Of a stretch of DNA of 64,000 nucleotides, positions 27,401-38,761 are shown piece after piece. This stretch comes from Azolla caroliniana (Eukaryota; Plantae; Polypodiophyta). Each line of letters begins with the position of its first letter. Position 1 is the first letter of the stretch. The stretch spans positions 2,914,001-2,978,000 of the forward strand of contig JBHGNT010000004.1 of the NCBI GenBank assembly GCA_043228905.1, read 5' to 3'. Under the pieces are notes generated by a model. The model did not search any database, was not told where the DNA came from, and saw only the letters and a program-made list of their open reading frames with translations. The position numbers were made by a program, and so were the translations under genes.

Positions 27401-29509
27401 ACCCGGCGAAATGCGCGTTCTTAGTCACTAGCGGCAACCTTCTCGACCACATTGTCAGTCAAGAAGGCATCGCTATGGACCCGGATAAAGTAAAGGCCAT
27501 CATGACTGCCTCCGCACCCTCAAACGCTAAGGCACTAAGCCGATTTTTGGGATAGATCCGGTGGCACAGCCGAATGATACGACACCTGGCCGATTTCGCG
27601 ACACCTTTACACGCGGCAATCCATCGCCTCCCCTTCCAATGGACGTCAATCAAGGACACGACCTATCAAACCCTGAAACTAATGTTCTCCCATGCCCCGG
27701 TGGTCCAACCTCCAGTTTGGTCCGAACCGTTTCATGTCTTCGTAGATGCTTCGGACATCACCATCGGAAGTGCCCTGATGCAATGCACACCCCCGAATTG
27801 GTATAGGCCCGTGTACTACGCCAGCCGACGGCTCTCGACCGCGGAAAAGAATTACTCCACCACGGAGCGGGAGGCCCTCGGTATGATTTATAGCATCAAT
27901 AAATTCCGGCATTACCTCTTGGGCCGGAAGTTTACCTTTCACGTGGATCACTCGGCCCTTCTTTATTTGGTCAATAAACAAGCCCTCACCGGACGGTTGG
28001 CTCGGTGGATGCTCCTACTCCAAGAGTTTGATTTCCAGATTCAGCATCGACCCGGGGTACAACACGCCGTCGCCGACTATTTGAGTCGTCTTGAGTTAGG
28101 GGAACCGACGAACACAATGTACGACGAGCTACCGGACGCCAGCCTATTTAACCTTAGTACCACGATGCCAGACATTAACGAAGATGAATGGATCATGGAG
28201 ATGACCCATTTTCTCACTACAGGTTTACCTCCCGAGCACATGCCCCTGGACACGAGAAAACGCCTAGCAGTGCGTAGCCGGAATTTTTGCCTCGTCTCGG
28301 ACATTCTCTACCACAGGCTCGGACGGCATATGGCGCCGAGCGATTCGGCAATTCGAGAAGAACGTCGTTCTTCAGGAGGCCCACCAGGGAGTAGCTGGGG
28401 GGCACTACGCCGGGGATTCCACGGCAAGGAAAGTTTGGCAAAGCGGATTGTGGTGGCCGACAACGAAGAGAGACGCTCACGAGTTTTGCCGGCAGTGCGA
28501 TTTGTGCCAATGATTGGGGCAACCAATGGAACAGTCATGCATGCCACACCAGTCGATTCTTCTGTTGGACCCATTTCAAAAATGGGGTTTGGATTTTGTA
28601 GGCCCTTTCAAACCACCCCCGGCCCGTACAAGGAATAGGTATATTATCGTTGCCACGGACTACTGCACCAAATGGGTCGAGGCTAAAGCTCTCCGAGACA
28701 ACACGGCGGCATCCACGGCTAAATTCGTGTACAAGCATCTTTGGTGCCATTACGGATGCCCAATCGAGCTCGTTAGTGACCAAGGTGGGCACTTCATCAA
28801 TCATATAATACGTGAGCTTACACACCACTACGCGGTGGTGCAATACTACCCGCAGGCGAACGGCTTGGCGGAATTGACCAATAAAATCCTCCAAACCATA
28901 CTGAAGAAGATCGTCAATGAAAACAGGACCGATTGGGATGACAAACTCCAGAGCGTGTTGTGGGCGTATCATACGACTTTCAAAACAAGCATCCAATCAA
29001 CCCCCTTTCGAATGGCGTTCGGGTTAGAAGCCGTAATGCCCGTCGAGTTCCAAGTCCTAAGCCTCCGAGTTCAAGTCAAAGCACGGCTCCCCGAGGTCCA
29101 ATTCGAGCAATACCGGCTGGAACAACTCCTCGAACTCGGCGAAGACAGGATAGAGAGTATGGCCCAACTCGAACAACGCCAACGACAACGCAAGGCTTTC
29201 GTGGATCGACATCGAAACGGGCTGGAGAAGGAGCTCACCATCGGCAAACCGGTTCTTCTTTTTCAAACACGACTCGGGTCAATGTCGGGCAAATTAAGAT
29301 TTCGGTGGACCGGTCCATTCTGGATTATCGACGAGTTCAACGAGACGTTCCAACTCGGCACACTCGCCGGTGACACTGTCAAAAGCTGGGCAAATGGTTT
29401 CCGACTTCAACCATATCGAGGCACTACACCACCCAACCCGTTTACCGAGCCACACGGCACAAACAAGTTTCGGGAGACCCCCACGGAGGAGGCCACGTGT
29501 CCCCCTTAA
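24411..29509 (+). pseudogene. gag-pol of element A, broken by stops and frameshifts
   Basis: Gag with CCHC knuckles, protease IIDGG, RT (KKNGKIRVCVDYRKLN, FLDD), RNase H (FVDAS, TEREALG, DHSAL) and integrase (WGLDF, LVSDQG, PQANGLAE). True gag start not determined. Confidence 0.9.
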
Positions 29510-32231
29510 CAAGGACTCGCCCTTCTTCTTTTTTGAAATTAATAAAGTAGGTAGGATTAACCATAGTTTAGCCGCCGATTAGCTACACCTACACCACCCA
29601 CCTAGGCACCCACAATTTAGGAGCACCCCTAGCCACCTCTCATTTAGTACCTATTTAAGCACATGCAAAGCACTCGAAGCACCCCACTCACCTTCAGGAC
29701 ACGTGGCGCTAGTCACTTATTATGGCACCCACGACTCAGAATCTTCAGGATTCTCTTCGGGCACAAAACCCTAGGAGTAAGTTACTAAAACCGTTTCCAA
29801 AACGCAGCACATACACAGAAGTTCAATATTGCTTCCAACCTCCATCGCTCTCAAGCTCAGAAGCCCCTTCTCGCTCTCATCGCTCTAAACGCTCTTGCTC
29901 TCAAGCCCTCTTTCGCTCTCATAGCCCCTCTGCCGAGCTTCCCCTTCCTGTTGTTCCTCCTCTGTCTCGCCCTCGCCTCATCACTCTTCCATACAGTCAA
30001 ACCCCGTCTCCATCTCCACCATGCCTCTTACCGTTTCAACAAAAACCCACGCCTGACTCCAGGAACGAGGAATGGGCGGTTACCTGAAAATCATCGATGC
30101 CCCCGCGCACTCGGATGCCCAAGGAGTGGCTAAACGTATTTGTCCCGAAGCCATCACCAACAACGTGCTTCGGGCTGCTTTGGACCTGCAACGGGAGGGA
30201 ACCATGAGGTCGACATACCCCCGGCATCGAAGCTGAAAGAGTACTTCGGTGAGTACTCAGCCTCAGGGAAGGCATATCGCACGTATGCCGGTCCCAACAG
30301 AGCTTTCGGGGAGATTGCTCGTATATTGATGGAGTATGCGTTCGTGCATACAAACCCGACGAGCATGCCGCAAAACAAGGCAGCCATCATCATCAGCGCG
30401 TATGAAGGAAACAGAGTCGATGGGGGAATCATCACAGGCGAAGGACTCCGCGCCGCCTTAGCCTCATTCCAGTCAGGTAAGAAGATGTTGTCTGTTCTTA
30501 CCCACTTTTTGATGGTTCTATACCCACCCTCTTCTCTTCCTTCCCCTCGGACACTCATGTCCCCACCACCACCACGAAGGCAGAGAGAGAAATCGGTGGC
30601 CATCAGCCACGAAGCATGGGAGGAGCCCACATCGCCTTCACCTCTTGCCGCCGACCAAAACCCATTCCTAACAAAAAAGGGCAGTTTCTGAGACCTACCA
30701 AGAATGGGAGGAGGAGACAGCCACGGAGGACAACACGGAAGATGATGTCACCATTCGACAGCCCACGCCGCGCCCCTCGGTAACTCCCCCAGGGCCTAGC
30801 CCACGCCCCAACACACAACAGGCAGCACCACCGCGACCCCAGAAAAGGAAGCAGGCGGAGGAAACGACACCACCGGCCCCAGAACCCCAAACCCAGCCGA
30901 GCAAGAGAAGACGACTCAACCGCGAGTCCTCGGCAGAACAGAAAGACCCACAACAGGAGCAAGCCTTAGTTGTCAACCAGAGCAACTTGGCCATCATCCC
31001 TGAAGAGGCATCGTTGAACCAAGGAAAGATCGAGCATGGGCAAACAACGCAGATCTCGGAGGATGAAGTCCTTGGTTATAAAGACCTCCCCACGGAGGCT
31101 TACGAATTTAGTGCGCTCCTATGGCTCGGTACGACATTCGAGTTGGTCGACTTCCTCACCAGAGCCCAAGTCGCGGCAGCCGCTCGAATGGCTGAAGAGC
31201 ACGCCGAAACATAAATGATTCAACGTGCGCTATTAGGTGAAATTGAGCCCCAGGACGACAGGGCTTTACAAAAAATAGGGAGGAAGAAGCAAGCAAAACA
31301 GGCCGCTCTCCTCATGGAGGTCCCCGAGTTGAACACGGCCCTTATCGAGGCATATAGTGACCTGGATCGCACTACGCGGGCAGCCAAAGACATGGCCTGA
31401 AAGATAAAAACAGCCCAAAAACAGGCTCAGGTGGCTACGGAATTATGGCACGCTGCGAAACAGAAACTGGTAGCCTGGGAGCAAAACCGGCCAGAACAAC
31501 AACTCTTGAGCCTTCCGGCCACGACCACTGAGGCCCTCCCAGCCCCTCCATGCATAACATTGATAGATGAAAGCGCCATCACGGATTCAATCTTGACGAT
31601 CCAGGCCAGCACACTAACGGACTCGTTACACATGGTCGATGCCTGCACAACAATCGAGGCGGACACGCCCATGGAGAAGACCGAGATACCACCCCCTCGT
31701 CCAACCAAGGAGGTGGCAACCCAGATAGAACCCCCACTCCGGGATTACCGAGCGGAGCTTAAAGAAGAACAACGGCGGGCCGAGAGACACGAACAACGGC
31801 ATCAAGAGGCCATGGCTCGCTTAAAAGAAGAAGCTTCCAAACATATGGCCGAGATTAGAGCCCAGGCCGACCAAAGGATACACGAGCAGAACGAAGCATT
31901 GGGCCGGGTACAAGCGCAAGCCGCGGGCAAAGAAGCAGAACTCAAAAGCAAGCTGGAGGAATACGCGGCCACAGTGGAAGAGAAAGAGAAGGAGGTCCTA
32001 GATCTACAGGCCGCGCTCGACAATGTGAAAGACTGGAACCACCGGCAAGAGGAAAGAAATTGCCAACGGGAGGAGAGAATGATCGCGGAGAATGCCGAGC
32101 TGCAGAGTCCGCATACGACCCTTAAAGAAATGGCTAACGAGTTTTTCATCAAATGCAAGCTACTTTCGGAGCAAAAAGACGAATTATCTGATTCCTACTT
32201 CGCCCTACAAGAGGAGAGAATCGTCGAACGG

Positions 32232-33031
32232 TGTCGAGATATTACGCAAGTGCGTGTGGAATAGAGGCGGGACCGCGGGGGTCTCGAACCAAAGAGCAAG
32301 CGAGGGAGGAGAAAGAGAGAGAACCGGCTACGCAGGACCGGGGATACACAGGGACACGGCCCTTCAGCACGGAGAACGCGAACAGACACCGACACAGACG
32401 GATGCGAATGACTAAATATGTGTATTAACAAAATGGCTAACACGACTACAACCCCCGATGGGGCACAGGTTGGTTGCAACCGAACAGGCCGGCGAACAGA
32501 TGCCGATGCCTGTTCGCTTCGACGCACAAACGGGGAAATGGGGGGGGGGTAGCAGGTCGGAGGTGCTGCCGGAAGCACTCGGGCGTTCCTCGAAACAGCG
32601 CGAGCCTCCCCGGAACCCTGCACAGAAAGCTTTGGAGCTCAAGAAGGAAGGAAACAGAGAGAGCGAAGCGTCCAGAAACGGTCCGACAGCACTTCGTCCT
32701 CTCCGCGCCAGATCCCTGCAACAGCTCTTTCCCGCTCCTTATATAGGCCGACGAACAGGCCGTCGTGTCAGCTTTATTCCCTGTCCCTTTTGGACAGGGA
32801 TCCGCTCCGTTTTTCACGGATCCGAGTAGTTACGCCGCCGACTCGTACAGTTCGCGCGCGCGACCGAAAAGACTGTTCGAGCGGTCTTTGTCTCCACTTG
32901 AGTTAGGGCCCGTTCCTGCCGATTATCCTCTCAATTCGTTTCTATGTACAACTCGGAGCGTGCGCGCGTGAAGAACCGGTTCCCACGCCTTGGTGCGCCG
33001 ATTCCGCCTATAGACGGTTTTCTTCACGACA
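32232..33031 (-). repeat. 3' LTR of element B
   Basis: Near-identical to 38762-39561; preceded on the minus strand by the G-rich PPT TTAGGTGGGGGCGGA (33032-33046). Confidence 0.95.
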
Positions 33032-33102
33032 TCCGCCCCCACCTAACCGCGCATCCTCCGGTATGCGCCAAGAGAGTTGGGACGGAGAAAACCGGCCCGT
33101 CT

Positions 33103-36100
33103 TCATTCCTCGCCCGTCGGTTCTTCTTCATTTTCGGATCGTTCGTCATTGCCGACCAGGAGAGCCGGGTCTGGCTCGTCGTCGTGTCGCTTCTTGAACG
33201 CTTTGATCCGCTTCCCTGCAACCGGTATCGCCATTCTCGTGCCGTCAAGTTCCGCCAGGTGATATGTCCCGTTGTCATTGGCACTCCGTACCACGTAAGG
33301 CCCGAACCACCTTCGTGCGAACTTCCGTGTGGCTCGGTGCTGGTTGTCGAGGCTGCTGTCGTAGACGAGCACCCAGTCACCTTCTTCGATTTTCTTCGGT
33401 CGTAGCCGGTGCGTTCGGTCGAACCGGGCTTTGTTCTTTGTCCTCGCCACCCGGAGCTTCTCCGTAGCCAGTGCCACGTCCTCCGGCCTCCGCTCGAGCT
33501 GTCGTATACGTGCGACCAACAACTCCTCCCGGCTCATCTCGTCCCTCCAGTCGACCGCTGCCCACGAGGAGATCGTCCGTTCAACCGGCATGATCGGCTT
33601 CTGGCCGAACATGAGCTCCGTCGGCATGTACCCGGTTACCGAACTGTGCGTGGTCCGGTCTGCCCACAAAGCATAAGGTAGCAGCCGCGGCCAGTTACCG
33701 ACTTGGCCTCCGCATGCCCGAATCAACGCCTTGACGATCGGTCCGTGTCCGCGCTCCACCTTTCCATTCGCCTCCGGATTGTACGCAGTGGTGAGCGAGA
33801 GCTTGACTCCAAGCCGGTCGAACAGCTCCGCGGCCTCTTCGGCGTCCAACTCCCCTCGGTCAGCCACGATCTTCCCGACGCACCCGTACCGGCATATCAC
33901 GTCCTCGACTAGGAACCGACACACGGCCGCGGTCGTCTTGTTCTGAAGGGCTCGGCCTTCCACCTGGTTCGTCAGGTCTTCCCGCGCTAGGACCAGATAC
34001 CGCATCTGTCCTACCCCCATCGGCATCGTCACCAGATCTACCATCCATTTGAAGTGGATAGTCGGAGGGTACGTAGGGTGAAGCCCGTCCCGGTGTCGGA
34101 CTATCGAGTGCATCTGACAACTCTCGCAAGTTGACACGAACCGATGCACGTCCCGGTACAATCCCGGCCACCAGTACTTTCCCTTCAGCTTCTCAAACGT
34201 CGCCCACGTTCCACGGTGTCCAGCCCAAGGGCTGTCGTGGTAGGCCGCCAGTAGCTCCTCCTGCTCTTCCTTCATCGCCACCACTCGGAGCGGGACGCCG
34301 TCCCTCTTCTTCGGGTGCTTCCATAGATGCCCATCTCGGAGAAAGAATCGATATGCTTTCTTCCGGATCCGGTTGGCCTCGTCCTTCGTCCATGACGCAT
34401 CGGGCGTCATCGTCTTCAAAAACCCGCCGATCTGCAGCCATTCCCCGTCGTACTTGCTCGCGTCGAACTCGTTAAGCGCCGGAGTGCTCATCCCGTCGGT
34501 CGTTATGTATGCCGCCTCGAAGAAATCCACGCCGACTTCTTCGTCTTCCGAAACCATGCCGCCCTCGTCGTCGTACCTCGCCCTCGAAAGCATGTCGGCC
34601 ATGGCGTTGTCTTTCCCGGAAATGTGTCGTATTTCCGGGTCCAGGGACTTGATGTACGCTATCCACCTGAGCATCGCCAGGTCCGGAGTCGCGCATCCGG
34701 AAACCATACCGAGAATCGGCAGGCAATCCGTCTCGATGATCACTTCCGTCCCTATCAGGTAGTCTTTGTCGGCCTTAACCGCCGAAACAATACCCCAGAG
34801 TTCGCGTTTAACCTGGGCGTACCCTCGCTGCCGTTCACTGAGGACTTTCGCGCCGAATCGGATCGGAAACCGATTGCCGTCCTCGTCTTCCTGGTTCACG
34901 ACCCATCCGATCCCGGTCGGACTGGTATCCACCGTTATGAATACCGGGGTACCCTTCCCGTAAACCGCCTTCCGGAGTGCCGGTGCCGCTGCAAGGGCCT
35001 CTTTCAGCTTCCGGACCGATTCCGCGTGCTTGTCTAGCCATTCGAACCTTCGCCCCTTTTTCAGCAACCCGTACAGTGGCTCCGCGACGTGTGCGTAATG
35101 CGGGATCCATATGTGGTAGAACGCGCATGCCCCCAGGAATCTCCGTACTTCCGTGACCGAGCTGCAGTCGGGCTTCATCGCGGAGATGGCTTCTACCTTC
35201 GCCGGAGACGGTTTCCGGCCATATGGTCCGCACAGGTGTCCGACCACCATGATTTCTGACTGCCCGAAGGCCGACTTCTCCCCGGAGAAGGTGAGTCTCG
35301 CATCCTCTAGCCTTTGCAACACCTTCTCGCAGTCGTCGACGTGCGTCGCCACGAATCGCCGGCATCCGTCCGGCCCGATCGTCTCGTCCTTTTCTTCCAC
35401 CGGGCATCCCTTGATCGGGATGTCGTCCAGAAACGGCATGGTAATGTCCGGGACACAGTCCCTCAGAACCTTGTTCATCGCATTCACCATGTGGGCCACC
35501 GAGTTGGTCCCTCCTTGCGGCAGTGTACACATCCGAACTAGGCCGAGGGGAGTTCGCATCGTCGTAAGGTCTCTGCTCTCCACGGCCAGCTGGAACTGGT
35601 CGTACCCTGAGTATAGATCCCCGACCGAGTAAATTGACCTTCCGGCGAAGGCCTCCGCGAACTCGTCTATGGTCGGTCCGATTCCTGCGTTCCGAATGGT
35701 CACTCGATTGACCGGCTGCAGGTCCTGGATGAAGCGCAGCGAACCGTTTTTCTTCGGTACGGTAAACCATCGATTCGAATATGGGGCGCTCGACGGCTCG
35801 AGAATTCCCATATCAACTTTCTGCCTCAGCAGCTCCATCAACTTCGGGATGTGAGCTCTCGAAACCGGGATTGGCTTGAGATTCCATGGTACATGCGGTA
35901 CCGTGAATATCAGCATCGGCTCCACGATCGTCGGGTCAACGCACCCGATTTCCTCCGGCGAGAATGCGAAGGCTTTCCCGTGCCTTCCGAGCATTCTCCG
36001 AAACCGGTCTTCCTCCGCCGGCAGTAGGAACCCGCCCCCACCGATTTTGAGCTCTCGGAGCGTCTCGTCAGTGAAGGTGTGCCCTATGCAGGCCGGATCT

Positions 36101-36600
36101 CGTAGACTAGGGTCTGATGCAACCCCTTTGATTCTCGACGCGCTGTCCTCCGGTAAGGGTGCCGCTACTGGCCTTACCTTCCGGTCCACAGTCTTGTACT
36201 TGGTGTTTACGTGGGCCGTCCGAACTGACTCGAGCCCTCGACCGAAGTCCGCGATGACTTCGTACATCTCCTCGGAACACACCGGTATCGTCCGGTTGTC
36301 GTTAAGGCCTTCTTCGACTACCTTTCCCAGCATTCCCAAGGTGTCGTCGAATGAGACCGCCTCCACGGCTCCGTTGATTTCCTCGTCCGGGCCGAGAACC
36401 CCGCACGCTCGAAGTCTCGCCTCCGTCTTTGTTTTCTCTCGGCCGGCGATGCCGACCATCGCACACGCTCCGCTGTCGGAGAACAAAAATTCCCTACCTA
36501 TGGTACAAGGTTTCTTCGGTTTTATCGTACAGGTGTGGGGTTTTCCCGGGGTGTCCGGACTGTCGCGGCCCCACGCCTTGGCAGCCCTCTCTAAAAATCC
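33103..36600 (-). CDS. Pol (RT-RNase H-integrase) of element B, predicted to be expressed by -1 frameshift
   Basis: Open frame with PKKNGSLRFIQDLQPVN, DLYSGYDQ, FLDD, ITVDTS, ETDC, H..H..C..C, WMVDL, VADRG and PEANGKVE. The frame is open upstream through GGATTTT at 36600-36594. Confidence 0.9.
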   Translation of the reverse strand, partial: GFLERAAKAWGRDSPDTPGKPHTCTIKPKKPCTIGREFLFSDSGACAMVGIAGREKTKTEARLRACGVLGPDEEINGAVEAVSFDDTLGMLGKVVEEGLNDNRTIPVCSEEMYEVIADFGRGLESVRTAHVNTKYKTVDRKVRPVAAPLPEDSASRIKGVASDPSLRDPACIGHTFTDETLRELKIGGGGFLLPAEEDRFRRMLGRHGKAFAFSPEEIGCVDPTIVEPMLIFTVPHVPWNLKPIPVSRAHIPKLMELLRQKVDMGILEPSSAPYSNRWFTVPKKNGSLRFIQDLQPVNRVTIRNAGIGPTIDEFAEAFAGRSIYSVGDLYSGYDQFQLAVESRDLTTMRTPLGLVRMCTLPQGGTNSVAHMVNAMNKVLRDCVPDITMPFLDDIPIKGCPVEEKDETIGPDGCRRFVATHVDDCEKVLQRLEDARLTFSGEKSAFGQSEIMVVGHLCGPYGRKPSPAKVEAISAMKPDCSSVTEVRRFLGACAFYHIWIPHYAHVAEPLYGLLKKGRRFEWLDKHAESVRKLKEALAAAPALRKAVYGKGTPVFITVDTSPTGIGWVVNQEDEDGNRFPIRFGAKVLSERQRGYAQVKRELWGIVSAVKADKDYLIGTEVIIETDCLPILGMVSGCATPDLAMLRWIAYIKSLDPEIRHISGKDNAMADMLSRARYDDEGGMVSEDEEVGVDFFEAAYITTDGMSTPALNEFDASKYDGEWLQIGGFLKTMTPDASWTKDEANRIRKKAYRFFLRDGHLWKHPKKRDGVPLRVVAMKEEQEELLAAYHDSPWAGHRGTWATFEKLKGKYWWPGLYRDVHRFVSTCESCQMHSIVRHRDGLHPTYPPTIHFKWMVDLVTMPMGVGQMRYLVLAREDLTNQVEGRALQNKTTAAVCRFLVEDVICRYGCVGKIVADRGELDAEEAAELFDRLGVKLSLTTAYNPEANGKVERGHGPIVKALIRACGGQVGNWPRLLPYALWADRTTHSSVTGYMPTELMFGQKPIMPVERTISSWAAVDWRDEMSREELLVARIRQLERRPEDVALATEKLRVARTKNKARFDRTHRLRPKKIEEGDWVLVYDSSLDNQHRATRKFARRWFGPYVVRSANDNGTYHLAELDGTRMAIPVAGKRIKAFKKRHDDEPDPALLVGNDERSENEEEPTGEE

Positions 36601-38717
36601 TCTTGGTTATCGGAACCGAGGGAGTCGCGGTTACGCTCGTGGTTCGGCCTAACCGTCAAAAACTGGACCGAATGGCGGCCGTCCTGGCTCTTGACCCGCG
36701 CATAGGCCGAACCATTGTCCAGCACCTTGGTCTCCATTCGCGCCGCCGTGATGTACGGCTCTCCCAGTATGACCGGATGCGAAGACGTCTCCTGCACGAA
36801 GAAGTGCTGGTCAATCTCGACGTCGCCGATCTTGACTCGCACATTCGGACAGGCCCCGTGCAGTTCCTCGGTGGCGCGCGTTGCTGCCCTTATTTTCCAC
36901 CCGTGCTTGGTGTTGATCGGCCATTTGCCCTTCTTATAGAAGTCCATGGACATCAAATTGATCTCCGATCCGTGGTCCACCAAAGCTATCACCGGTTCCT
37001 GGACATCGCCGATCTTCACCGGGGTTTCCGTGGTCGCTCGGGCCCAGTGCGGTCTCGAATAGTGGCTTTCCGCCCACTCGTCTCCCAGCGCCATGTCGTC
37101 TAGGTGCGTCGTCCGCACTTCCACCGGTCTTTCCGGTTCTGTCTCCGTTGACAGCCTCTTCCGTTTCACCAAGTCCACGATGGAGTCGTGGAACTCCTTC
37201 TTGGCGATTCCAAGCACCTCCCGTAGCGACAGCTCCACCTTGCTGTCGAGGATCCGTTCCTCCAGGACCTTTCGTAAATCCGTGGTTCTTTCTATCTCCG
37301 TCCCCAGACGGTACCCGCCCTTCTGGGGTTTATCTTGCGTACCGGCCCTGCCGGCTTCGTCCCGTCGTGGCCCGGACCGGGTCTCGTATCGTTGTGAGGG
37401 CCCGGTCGTCCCGGGTTTTCCCACCCGCTTCTCTTCTACCAGAGCCTCGTAGTTCCGGCAAGCGGCTTCCACGAAGCCCGTCCTTTCCTCGACCGGGTCG
37501 CTCCACCCGGTCATCTCCCGTACCCGTTTCTCCGCACGGTCCGATTCCTCCCTTTTAAGCCCTGCACCGGCAAGGCCTTCCAGCATCGTCGGCCAGAACC
37601 CGGCTTTGCTTTCCTTTCGGGCCTCGCCGCCCCCGACTCGAATGCCGGCCGACGCCGAGTAGTGGACGGTTTCCGCGTGTCGGGCCGCCGCCTCTTCCAT
37701 CAACCTTTTCATACCACCCTTTCCGTCGTTTCGGCTCAGGGCCCTTCGGGTGTCGCTGGCATGCACCCGTCCTTCCCACAGGTACACCACCCGGTCCCTC
37801 AGCGCCTCCGCGAAGTCGCCGCAGTCCTTCCGAACGTGGCCGACTTCATCGCACCACATGCACCTGTTTCCTGCCGCCGGCCGTCGGTCACGAGCCGGTT
37901 CGCCTCCTTCCCTTCGGGCCTGCGCGATTTGGAGGTCCTTTATCGCCTTCGTCAATTCCTCCAGCGCCGCTCCTCCGGTTGAGCCTCTGACTACGCCGGT
38001 CGAAGCCGAACCGGTTTCCAACCACTCCCGGGTCTCTTCCTTGCGCACCTGTGGCGCTGGTTCGAGCTTCCTTGCTGCGACCGAGCCCGACCCAGTCGCC
38101 CCGTTATCCGCCCATTCTCGCCGTTTGTCGAAACGGCCACAGACCTTCCTGACAGCCGCCCAGTCGGTAGTGAGCCCGTCTTCGGTTTCCAGCAAGAGGC
38201 CCACTTGCTCCCGATCCCGCTCGTCGACCGACTTGACAAACAGCAAGACCCGGCTCGTGTCCAGGATGGTTCGGTCGAGCGCCGAAAGGCGCGCAAAGTT
38301 TTCCTCGAACTCCCGGAGGAGTGCCGACGCGTTTCTTCCCTTCCCCGGGGACTCCACCCATTCCATGAACCTTCGCTTCGAAAGCCGGAGCGCGTCGTCC
38401 AGCCCGTATTTCTCTAGGAGCCGACCTTCGAACTCCTCCCAGGTACGGCTCTCCGCCCGCACCTCGAGCACCTCCGCATGGATGCTCGGCATTGCCACTC
38501 GGGGAAAACCGGCAAGACGCCTTTCTTCCGGAATGTCCCGCATCAACATTTCTGCACCGTAGGACGCCAGATACTTCGTGGCATCCCTCCCATCGAACCG
38601 GCCGATCGTGCCGACGACCGCCTCAATAGCTCTGTCGAGGGCACCGGTACCCTCGCGCGCGTTTACGATCCGATCCACGGCCGAAGCCATGGCCTCTGCG
38701 AGATCCGACCCCCTCAT
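36591..38717 (-). CDS. Gag-protease of element B
   Basis: First ATG at 38717; zinc knuckle CMWCDEVGHVRKDC; aspartic protease ALVDHGSEINLM and VILGEP; ends GAT TTT TAG. Confidence 0.9.
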   Translation of the reverse strand: MRGSDLAEAMASAVDRIVNAREGTGALDRAIEAVVGTIGRFDGRDATKYLASYGAEMLMRDIPEERRLAGFPRVAMPSIHAEVLEVRAESRTWEEFEGRLLEKYGLDDALRLSKRRFMEWVESPGKGRNASALLREFEENFARLSALDRTILDTSRVLLFVKSVDERDREQVGLLLETEDGLTTDWAAVRKVCGRFDKRREWADNGATGSGSVAARKLEPAPQVRKEETREWLETGSASTGVVRGSTGGAALEELTKAIKDLQIAQARREGGEPARDRRPAAGNRCMWCDEVGHVRKDCGDFAEALRDRVVYLWEGRVHASDTRRALSRNDGKGGMKRLMEEAAARHAETVHYSASAGIRVGGGEARKESKAGFWPTMLEGLAGAGLKREESDRAEKRVREMTGWSDPVEERTGFVEAACRNYEALVEEKRVGKPGTTGPSQRYETRSGPRRDEAGRAGTQDKPQKGGYRLGTEIERTTDLRKVLEERILDSKVELSLREVLGIAKKEFHDSIVDLVKRKRLSTETEPERPVEVRTTHLDDMALGDEWAESHYSRPHWARATTETPVKIGDVQEPVIALVDHGSEINLMSMDFYKKGKWPINTKHGWKIRAATRATEELHGACPNVRVKIGDVEIDQHFFVQETSSHPVILGEPYITAARMETKVLDNGSAYARVKSQDGRHSVQFLTVRPNHERNRDSLGSDNQEDF

Positions 38718-38739
38718 CTTCTGCTCTTCTGCCGCCTCT

Positions 38740-38757
38740 TTCACGTCGGGTTCACCA
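38740..38757 (-). promoter_or_regulatory. Primer-binding site of element B (tRNA-Trp)
   Basis: Minus strand TGGTGAACCCGACGTGAA, 4 nt inside the 5' LTR; complementary to the plant tRNA-Trp 3' end TTCACGTCGGGTTCA-CCA (from memory). Confidence 0.85.
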
Positions 38758-38761
38758 AAGA

